From: an uncultured Solibacteraceae bacterium
GTDB taxonomy: Bacteria; Acidobacteriota; Terriglobia; 20CM-2-55-15
Direction: 5' to 3'
NCBI GenBank assembly: GCA_964584785.1
Contig: CAZPBY010000001.1
Coordinates: 74,718-138,717 of the forward strand
Length of the DNA: 64,000 bases
Shown here piece by piece: positions 56,613 through 64,000 of the stretch. Each line of letters opens with the position of its first letter. Position 1 is the stretch's first letter. Below the pieces are notes generated by a model. It was not told the DNA's origin. It saw nothing but the letters and a program-made list of their open reading frames with translations, and made no database searches. Both the position numbers and the translations under genes were made by a program.

Positions 56613-59600
56613 ATGGAGCAGCGTCGCTGTCTCGCCATAGCTACGGTCCTGATGGGTCTTTTCGCATCGGGCGTTGCAGTTATCGCGCAAACGACGTCGG
56701 GCATGGTAACCGGCCGTGTCACCGATTCTACGGGCGCGGTCCTGCCCGGCGTCACGGTCACTGTCGTCAACGTGCGTACCGGGGATACGCGCGTCGCGTT
56801 GACCAATGAGCAGGGATTATTTCGAGCGCCGAACCTCAACCCGAGCCGGTACGAAGTGCGTGTGGAATTGTCCGGCTTTCGCAAGATCATTCAGCAGAAC
56901 CTCGAACTGGGCGTCAGCGAGACGATCAACCTGACGTTCAAGCTCGAGATCGAAACCGTTGAACAGGCCATCACCGTGAGCGGCGAATCGCCGCTCATCA
57001 ACACGACGAATGCGGAGGTCGGAACGAAGATCGAAGCCCGGCAGGTCGTGGACCTGCCGATCAATAGCCGTGACTTCTCACGTCTGGCGCTCTTTTCACC
57101 TGCAGCCAAGGCGACAAGCAGTGGCGTTGCCTCGCTAACATTCAATGGCACCGATTCGGCGCAGAACAACTTCCTGCTCGACGGCACGGACGCAACACAC
57201 GTGGACAATTCATTTATGTCGAACGGGCGCGAGCGGGGCGCCCGTTTGCAGACGGCGAGCAGCGAGAGTGTCGAAGAATTCCGCGTCTTATCCACCAACT
57301 ACTCCGCAGAATATGGCCGGGCGGCCGGCGCCGTCGTCACCGCGATAACGAAGTCCGGGACCAATCAATTCCACGGCTCAACTTACTTCTTCCTGCGCAA
57401 TGACCGCCTGGACGCGCGGAACTTCTTCGATCCTCCGGCGAAGCCGGACTTCAACCTGAAGCAGTTCGGCGCGAGTCTCGGTGGTCCCCTTCGTCACGAC
57501 CGCCTCTTTTTCTTCGGCAACTATGAAGGATCGCGCAAGCATCTCGGCTCGAGTCAGACCGGTACGGTTCCCAGTGAGTCGCTGCGAGCGCGTGTCGATC
57601 CACGGCTGCGGCCAATTCTGGACACGATTCCACTGCCCATTGAGCCGACGACGAACCCGGACGTCGGCATTGCTCGGCTCAGCGGCGTTACAGATATCAC
57701 CGAAAACATCGGTTCGTTGCGCGTGGACTGGCACCCCACCCCGAAAGACAACGTGTTCGGGCGGTTCAACGTCCAGGACTCGTTGGTCGACGGTCCGCTG
57801 TTTGTTCTCACGGGCTCGCGGTTTGCGAACCAGCGTCAATACGCCCCTATCATTACAGGCTCGTCGACGGTCTCTTATACGCGGACGATCCGGTCGAACT
57901 TGATCAATGAAGCAAAGTTCGGATTCAATCGCGTGCACCTGATCCTCAACCAGACAATCAACGGCGCGTTTCCGGATTCGGCTTCGCTGCGGACGCCGAC
58001 GGCGAAAGGATTTCCATCGGTCACGATCACTGGCGTTGATGTCCAGCCCGGGCAACTGCAGGACATCGATCGCACCAACACCGGCTTCGAGTTGATCGAC
58101 GGCGTGAGCTGGTTCAGAGGGAAGCATGCTGTCACTACCGGCGTCAATGTTCGCCACAAGCAGACACTGGCGTTCTCCGGTGGTTATCCCACAATCAGCT
58201 TCGCCTCGCTTGCTGATTTCGCCGCGAACCGCATCCTCAACATGACCGCGCAGGAAGATGGTGGGCCCGGGACCGTGTATGGATGGGAATACAGCGGCTA
58301 TTTCCAGGACAACATCAAAGCCGCCAAACGTCTCACGTTGAACTTAGGTTTGCGGTACGACTACGGTACGCCCGTCAAAGGTGGCGCCCATACCCGAATT
58401 GCGAACTTCGATCTCACGACGCTCTCGCTGGTGTTCAATGCGCCTTTTTACGAGGCCGATCGAAACAACTTCGCGCCGCGTATCGGCGTTACTTATGACG
58501 TGACCGGTTCGGGACGTACCATTCTCGGCGGTGGGTACGGGATTTATTACAACCCGTATGCGCTCCAATCGTTCTTTGGGGACACGCTGTTTTCCAACGT
58601 GCAGGCTTCGGTTACGCTGAACCAAACAACGACGCCCGGTCTGTCGTTCCCATTACCTTCGTTGACCGGAGGCATATCCCCCGCACCGAACGAAACGGCG
58701 ATTAATCCGCACCGTCGCGATAACTACAATCACCAATTCAATGTCAACATCCAGCAACAGTTCGGAAGCGCGATGTCGGGACAGATCTCGTATGTCGGCA
58801 ATCGCACGCGGAACAATCCGCGGTCGAAGCCGGGCAACCTCATCGATCCCGCGCTCGGTCGTCGACCATATCCTCAGTTCTCCGAGTTTACGATCCGGAC
58901 CGAAACCGGTACGGGGCAGTATGATGCGCTGCAGCTGCAGGTCAACCGGCGGCTGGTGAGAGGCGTCGCCTTCAACCTGGCGTACACCTGGTCGAAGTTC
59001 ATGAACGACATTACCTCGCCGCAGACGCCTTGCCCGAACTTCCTTGACTTCAAGTCATGCCCCGCCTGGGATCTGGAGTGGGCGCCCGCATCGGAGGATA
59101 CGCCGCACAACCTGTCGCTCAATTCCATCTGGGAATTACCGCTCGGCAAAGGGTGGCTGCGCAGCGGTTGGCAACTGAACACGGTGTTTTTGGCCAGGAG
59201 CGGCTTGCCCTATACGGTAAATCTCGGAACCTCTCGCGCCGGCCAGGGCTGGTTTACAAACCAGCGGCCTGATCGCGTCGCCGGCGTGTCCACCGGTCAT
59301 CCGCAAGGGCCAATCGGTTGGCTGAATCGCGATGCCTTCGCTGACGTCCCCTCCGGTCTCTACGGAAACCTGGGACGCAATACGGAATACGGTCCGCGGT
59401 TCGTTCAACTCGATGCGTCGCTGCTGAGGAACATCCGGATCGGCGACCTGGGACGCGTTCAGTTCCGCGCAGAAGTCTTTAACGTGCCGAACAAACCGAT
59501 TTGGGCCACTGCTCCCCAGCGAACGTACCTGACGCCGGCCTCGTTCGGGCGCGTTCTGAACACATTCGGCCGTACCGAGTCGCTTGGCACTTCGCGTCAG

Positions 59601-59630
59601 ATCCAGCTCGCCTTGCGCTTCGATTTCTAA
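56613..59630 (+). CDS. TonB-dependent-receptor-like outer-membrane protein with N-terminal carboxypeptidase-regulatory-like domain
   Basis: Signal peptide. N-terminus VTGRVTDSTGAVLPGVTVTVVNVRTGDTR. ~1000 aa. C-terminal beta-barrel terminus ...QLALRFDF. Confidence 0.8.
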   Translation: MEQRRCLAIATVLMGLFASGVAVIAQTTSGMVTGRVTDSTGAVLPGVTVTVVNVRTGDTRVALTNEQGLFRAPNLNPSRYEVRVELSGFRKIIQQNLELGVSETINLTFKLEIETVEQAITVSGESPLINTTNAEVGTKIEARQVVDLPINSRDFSRLALFSPAAKATSSGVASLTFNGTDSAQNNFLLDGTDATHVDNSFMSNGRERGARLQTASSESVEEFRVLSTNYSAEYGRAAGAVVTAITKSGTNQFHGSTYFFLRNDRLDARNFFDPPAKPDFNLKQFGASLGGPLRHDRLFFFGNYEGSRKHLGSSQTGTVPSESLRARVDPRLRPILDTIPLPIEPTTNPDVGIARLSGVTDITENIGSLRVDWHPTPKDNVFGRFNVQDSLVDGPLFVLTGSRFANQRQYAPIITGSSTVSYTRTIRSNLINEAKFGFNRVHLILNQTINGAFPDSASLRTPTAKGFPSVTITGVDVQPGQLQDIDRTNTGFELIDGVSWFRGKHAVTTGVNVRHKQTLAFSGGYPTISFASLADFAANRILNMTAQEDGGPGTVYGWEYSGYFQDNIKAAKRLTLNLGLRYDYGTPVKGGAHTRIANFDLTTLSLVFNAPFYEADRNNFAPRIGVTYDVTGSGRTILGGGYGIYYNPYALQSFFGDTLFSNVQASVTLNQTTTPGLSFPLPSLTGGISPAPNETAINPHRRDNYNHQFNVNIQQQFGSAMSGQISYVGNRTRNNPRSKPGNLIDPALGRRPYPQFSEFTIRTETGTGQYDALQLQVNRRLVRGVAFNLAYTWSKFMNDITSPQTPCPNFLDFKSCPAWDLEWAPASEDTPHNLSLNSIWELPLGKGWLRSGWQLNTVFLARSGLPYTVNLGTSRAGQGWFTNQRPDRVAGVSTGHPQGPIGWLNRDAFADVPSGLYGNLGRNTEYGPRFVQLDASLLRNIRIGDLGRVQFRAEVFNVPNKPIWATAPQRTYLTPASFGRVLNTFGRTESLGTSRQIQLALRFDF

Positions 59631-59726
59631 TAACGACGTCATGCTGAAAATGAATTTTCGCCAGGCCGCCGTACGGCGAATGAGATAGGACTTTTGCGGG
59701 CAAAGCCTCGCCGCTGCGGAGAAAAC

Positions 59727-61331
59727 ATGGATCGCCGTGAGTCCGATCTGAAGTTTATTAAAGCTCTTAGCCGAACCGGCGGACTTCGTTCCGAATCGTC
59801 ACCATTTCGTGAACAACTCGCCGGCTTGTTCGCGCTGGAAAAAGTCGACCTGCATGTGCTCGGGCATGTGGCGGTCGGATCACTGAGGCTCCAACCCCGC
59901 TTTGACGAACTCGTTAAAGACGCCGAGCTTGCGGACCTTGCCGGCCTTCAGCGCAAGTTGACGGTTTCTGAATACTGCGAATCACTGGACCAGCCTTTGT
60001 TTCATCGATTGCTGCGCAGAACCGTTGTGCGTGATCTCGCGATAGAACATTTATTGACGAAGGTGCGCCGGTTGTATCTGCAGTGGGTGGATGAGGGCAA
60101 ACTCGACGGAAATCCCGGTCAGTTTCGCATCATGGTGTCGGTTGCGGCGCAGGCATTCAACAACGAGTACGTACAACCCTGCGAAGCTGTCGAGGCGGAG
60201 ATACTCGAACGCGTGCGGTCGCGTTTGATGCAGCAGATTGCGGCCGAAGACGGCGAGTGCTTGATCGAGAGGCTGGTCGTTTCCGCCATGTATGCGCCGT
60301 TATGGACGCTTGGCCACGACGTCAGAATTCTGTCGATTCAGCCGCTGGCCAACAGATCGGACTTCGTCGAACTTGTCGAGCGCCAGGTTCGAGAGCACAT
60401 GGAAGAGCAGCGGATCCGCAAGGAAATCCGGTCCTTCGGGGTCGATGAAGGAGGAGTAGCTACACGAGTTCGAAGGCAATATGAAGAGTCGCCCTATCCG
60501 CGGTGGATCGATGTCACCGTGGCGCGTTCGGTTCCGTTCGCCCAGGCAATCACCGGCCGCTTTCCCTTTTTGGAGCCGCGGGAAATCCCGTCCCCAATCC
60601 AAATCCTCGTTGCCGGCTGCGGCACAGGCCATGACGCCATTCGCACGGCTACGAGTTTCTCCGATGCGTCGGTCATCGCCGTCGATGTAAGCAAGGCAAG
60701 CCTCGCTTACGCCATTCGGCAGGCGCGGCGCTACAAACTGTCCAACATCGAGTTTTTACACGGCGACCTTCACTATATTGAAAGGCTCGGGGTTCAGTTT
60801 GATTTCATCGAATCCGCTGGAGTTCTGCACCACCTCGAGGATCCGCTGCAAGGTTTTCGTGCGCTGACGGCTGTACTGAAGCCCGGAGGATTGATGATGG
60901 TCGCAGTTTACAGTAGACGAGATCGCCTGTGTCTGGAACTCACGAAACGTTGGCTCGATTCACGTCCCCTTGATCTTACGCCACGAGGCTTGCGCGCTTT
61001 GCGGCAAGAGATTCTGGCAAATCACCCCGAACAAGTGCGGACCCTCGTGACATGTACCGAATTTTTCTATCTGAGCGGTTTTCGGGATTTGCTGTGTCAT
61101 GTACACGAGGTCGCTTTCACGCCGGCGGAATTACGGACATTCTTGCAGGATTCCAACGTTTCATTCCTCGGCTACGAGATGGACGGAAAGGCGCGCAGAG
61201 CCTACGCGGAGCATTTTCCCGACGACGCCGTCATTCTTGATCTCGATAAAGTCGACCGCTTTGAAGCGGAGAATCTCCACCTGACCAGCGGCCTGCATCG
61301 ATTCTGGGTCCGCAAGAACTTCTCGCGATAG
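59727..61331 (+). CDS. class I SAM-dependent methyltransferase with large N-terminal domain
   Basis: Motif I ILVAGCGTGHDAI. Later LKPGGLMMV. ATG at 59727 with a GGAG SD. Confidence 0.7.
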   Translation: MDRRESDLKFIKALSRTGGLRSESSPFREQLAGLFALEKVDLHVLGHVAVGSLRLQPRFDELVKDAELADLAGLQRKLTVSEYCESLDQPLFHRLLRRTVVRDLAIEHLLTKVRRLYLQWVDEGKLDGNPGQFRIMVSVAAQAFNNEYVQPCEAVEAEILERVRSRLMQQIAAEDGECLIERLVVSAMYAPLWTLGHDVRILSIQPLANRSDFVELVERQVREHMEEQRIRKEIRSFGVDEGGVATRVRRQYEESPYPRWIDVTVARSVPFAQAITGRFPFLEPREIPSPIQILVAGCGTGHDAIRTATSFSDASVIAVDVSKASLAYAIRQARRYKLSNIEFLHGDLHYIERLGVQFDFIESAGVLHHLEDPLQGFRALTAVLKPGGLMMVAVYSRRDRLCLELTKRWLDSRPLDLTPRGLRALRQEILANHPEQVRTLVTCTEFFYLSGFRDLLCHVHEVAFTPAELRTFLQDSNVSFLGYEMDGKARRAYAEHFPDDAVILDLDKVDRFEAENLHLTSGLHRFWVRKNFSR

Positions 61332-61403
61332 AGCATCCTTTTTCCTAGATGCTGCTTCGATATCGCAGAACGCGATGTGTAGAATTGTGTGTAGAGACAA
61401 CAC

Positions 61404-61604
61404 ATGGCGACGAACCTTTCCCTGGATCCGGATTTGCTTGAAAGAACCTTGCGTGTGAGCGGTGAAAAGACAAAAAAAGCAGCCGTGACCAAAGCTTTGA
61501 AGGAATTTGTTGCAAGACATGAACAGCGACGAGTGGCCAGGCTCTTCGGCAAGCTCGATTGGGACTCATCGTACGATTACAAAAAAGGCAGATCGCGGAA
61601 GTGA
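61404..61604 (+). CDS. vapB: VapB-type antitoxin (DUF2191 family)
   Basis: MATNLSLDPDLLERTLRVSGEKTKKAAVTKALKEFVARHEQRR...KLDWD has the family-typical TKK.AV..AL.E motif. Confidence 0.75.
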   Translation: MATNLSLDPDLLERTLRVSGEKTKKAAVTKALKEFVARHEQRRVARLFGKLDWDSSYDYKKGRSRK

Positions 61605-61916
61605 ATGGTCTCGTCGACACGAGCGTCTGGTCGCTGGCATTTCGTCGCGATGCACCACCTGACGTTGCGGGAACACGAATTCTCGCTCGTTGTCTCGAAA
61701 GGCAAGACATCCTTTTCTCGACCGGAATCATTGTTCAGGAGTTGCTACAGGGATTCCGCGGACCGAAGCACGTGCCGCCGGAAAGGCATTCAGGTCGGAA
61801 CGGTTGACGCCCTGCTGGCTCAACTGGCAATCGGTCACGATCTTGAATTCCTCACAACGGACAACGATTTCATTTTGATATCCCGTCATGTGCCGCTCCG
61901 TATCCTGGCAAACTAG
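61601..61916 (+). pseudogene. vapC: vapC (PIN toxin) disrupted by ~90-nt internal deletion plus frameshift
   Basis: GTG at 61601 overlaps the vapB TGA (GTGA). The N-terminal half is LVDTSVWSLAFRRD...LLQGFRGPKH and stops at 61807. The C-terminal half (RRKGIQVGTVDALLAQLAIGHDLEFLTTDNDF) is in the +1 frame. About 30 residues between them are missing relative to intact PIN proteins. Confidence 0.6.
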
Positions 61917-64000
61917 TGAAGGACAATGTTGAACAAAGACGCACTCCACGCGTTTAAAGATGTGTCGATGCGCAGGGCGCCCGATGGGTGATTCAAGCTC
62001 GTGTAAAAGAGCGTGCCATTCTTCCAGTAACGGACGACAGTTCCCTGAACTTCAACACGCAGACGGTCGCCGGCGACGTAGGTGCCAAAGTCACCCTTGT
62101 AGGCACCGGCCTCGTATATGCCAATCGTGGTATCGGAGCGCAGGAGGATCGCAAAATCAATGTCGGTGTAATCCTGGTTCGAGTCTCCGTTGCTCAGACC
62201 CGCAATGCGGTAGGTCGATGCTTCGGATGCCGTGAACTCCATATATCCCGACGTGATTGTCCGCGTCGAAACCGCCCCCGCGTTCCATGTTGCACTGGTG
62301 GAAGTTTTCAACAACGTGCGTCCTTGAACGCGTGTGTTGACGCTATTCATCCAGACAAGATCGCCCATGGCCACATCGAAGAGTGTCGCGCCCTGCGAGT
62401 AGAGTGCCGTCTCAACGTGCAGGGGATAAGCCGGCGAAACCGCGCTGGAGTACATCAGCACGTCGTTCCTGAGGTATCTGACGATCCCATTCTGAATGTC
62501 GATTCGGAAGCGGTCACCGTTTTGATAGGAGCCGAACGGACCGCGGCTGTTACCGAGTTCGACCACTTCGACGATGCCCGTTTCATTCAGAGCGATCGCA
62601 AAATCGATCTGCTGAAGCGACTGCGCCGAGCCGGCCGTCTTGAGTCCCAGGCCGCGACGGCTGTTGGTTTCGAGGGCTGTGAACTCCACATAGCCATCGC
62701 CGGATTGGAGGTTGTTGGTTGACGACGACGTGCTTGTCCAGCCGTCGGTGCTTGTCTTGATGAGTAGTGCGCCATCGGTATACACGCTCTGCGCGGCTGC
62801 CCACACAATCGGTTCGAGACTGACGTCGGTGAGCGTGGCCCCAGGCGTGTTCAGAGCCGAGTCGGCCCGAAGAGGATAGGTTGGTATTTGAAGACTCATG
62901 TAGAGCTGGATGTTGTTTCGGAAATAGCGGACCACGCCGTTGACAAGTTCGACGCGGAACCGATCACCTGTGACGTATCCACCGAAAACGCCGCGCGATG
63001 CTCCACCTTCCACTACTTCGACCGTTCCATCGCTGTTCAGCAACACGCCAAACTGAATGTCGGCGACAGCCACTCCCGTGACGAGGTTCCCGAGACCTCC
63101 AACACGCTGGGTATTTGTCTCGCTTGCAGTGAATTCCAGATAGCCGTCACCGGATTCGATCGTGTTCGTCGAAACGGCTCCCGCGTTCCACCCGGCGGCG
63201 CCGGTTTTGACCAGACTCTCGCCCGAAATGCGTACGCCGGTGCCATCCGTCCAAACAAAGTTGCCTACTCGAACATCACTCAGCGTAGCGCCGGGAGTGA
63301 ATAGCGAAGTATCGACACGAGTGGGATACCTGACGGTAACCGGAGACGTGAAAAACAGTGCTCCATTTCGATAGTAGCGGACCACTCCGTAACGGACTTC
63401 GACACGAAACCGGTCGCCGGCCGCATACGAGCCGAATTCACCGCGGTACACTCCACTTTCATAGATCGCCAGGCTGCTATCGCTCCGGAGCAGGACGCCC
63501 CAATCCAGGTCGGTGTAATCCTGATTCGAATCCGCCACGCCGAGGCCGGCCATTCGTGCAGTATTCGTCTCCGTCGCCGTGAACTCGACGAAACCATACC
63601 CATCGCGCAGCACCTGTGCGCTATCCGCGCCCGAGTTCCACGCACTGGAGGCATTGGTCTTGGTCAGACTGTTCCCAGGCGTGGCTACGCCGACTGCATT
63701 GATCCACGAAACGGCGGCCGGCCCAAAAGGCGGCGGCACGAATGTGGTCAGATTGACACTCACCGACGACATGGTCTGATTGCCGGCGGCATCGACGGCG
63801 GACACATTAATCGTGTTCGATCCCTCCGCCAGGTTGAGCGCGCAACTGAAGGCGCTTCCGGAAACCGAAGCGCCGACGCCATTGCAAGTGACGCCGGATA
63901 CTCCGGAAAGGCCATCCGACGCCGTTCCCGTCAGAGTCAGCCCTGAACTGGAGACCGTTGGCGGCGGCGACACGATGGACATAGCCGGCGGAGTTTTGTC
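61913..64000 (-). CDS. large repeat-containing (probably cell-surface) protein, 5' end beyond window
   Basis: At least 5 tandem ~130-aa modules (W.AGAVST.TI.SGDGY.EFTA.ETN...D..F..LL.SD....IYE.G...G.FG.Y..GDR.RVEV..G.VRY..NG). The N-terminal part is Ser/Thr/Gly-rich and Ig-like. No stop upstream of 63982 up to the window end. Confidence 0.55.
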   Translation of the reverse strand, partial: DKTPPAMSIVSPPPTVSSSGLTLTGTASDGLSGVSGVTCNGVGASVSGSAFSCALNLAEGSNTINVSAVDAAGNQTMSSVSVNLTTFVPPPFGPAAVSWINAVGVATPGNSLTKTNASSAWNSGADSAQVLRDGYGFVEFTATETNTARMAGLGVADSNQDYTDLDWGVLLRSDSSLAIYESGVYRGEFGSYAAGDRFRVEVRYGVVRYYRNGALFFTSPVTVRYPTRVDTSLFTPGATLSDVRVGNFVWTDGTGVRISGESLVKTGAAGWNAGAVSTNTIESGDGYLEFTASETNTQRVGGLGNLVTGVAVADIQFGVLLNSDGTVEVVEGGASRGVFGGYVTGDRFRVELVNGVVRYFRNNIQLYMSLQIPTYPLRADSALNTPGATLTDVSLEPIVWAAAQSVYTDGALLIKTSTDGWTSTSSSTNNLQSGDGYVEFTALETNSRRGLGLKTAGSAQSLQQIDFAIALNETGIVEVVELGNSRGPFGSYQNGDRFRIDIQNGIVRYLRNDVLMYSSAVSPAYPLHVETALYSQGATLFDVAMGDLVWMNSVNTRVQGRTLLKTSTSATWNAGAVSTRTITSGYMEFTASEASTYRIAGLSNGDSNQDYTDIDFAILLRSDTTIGIYEAGAYKGDFGTYVAGDRLRVEVQGTVVRYWKNGTLFYTSLNHPSGALRIDTSLNAWSASLFNIVLH

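Overview
The window is a dense, high-GC chromosomal segment whose gene content points to Acidobacteriota. The evidence is a PadR regulator next to a duplicated FtsX/MacB-type permease, four paralogous Ser/Thr kinases with TolB-like propellers, and a DUF1501/DUF1553 pair. I support about 50 protein-coding genes and found no rRNA, tRNA, transposase, integrase or CRISPR array. The main blocks, in order, are:
- a DUF1553/DUF1501 operon and a DUF4143 ATPase;
- an AhpD-family gene with an in-frame TGA at a conserved redox cysteine plus a downstream hairpin, which I read as a candidate selenoprotein;
- a 1.4-kb noncoding island (24576-25952) with an intrinsic terminator, a phased array of ~14 degenerate 21-bp repeats and a remnant of a TonB-dependent-receptor-like gene;
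- an unusual fusion of an AhpD-like (CMD) domain to an ECF sigma factor, co-transcribed with a small RsrA-like zinc-finger anti-sigma factor;
- a second, orphan ECF sigma factor, the PadR-permease pair and a secreted TPR-CHAT protease;
- four type II toxin-antitoxin modules, one with a decayed vapC;
- tandem PDZ paralogues plus a DUF4159-like gene;
- a GH127/galT/IMPase-family/GHMP-kinase sugar locus;
- several short repeat and foldback elements (a 45-nt repeat carrying a 13-codon ORF directly upstream of two start codons, a perfect 38-bp inverted repeat, and a ~140-bp foldback across a gene end).
Family assignments rest on motifs I read in the translations; no database searches were run. Many long antisense ORFs in the six-frame track are high-GC artefacts and were not called.
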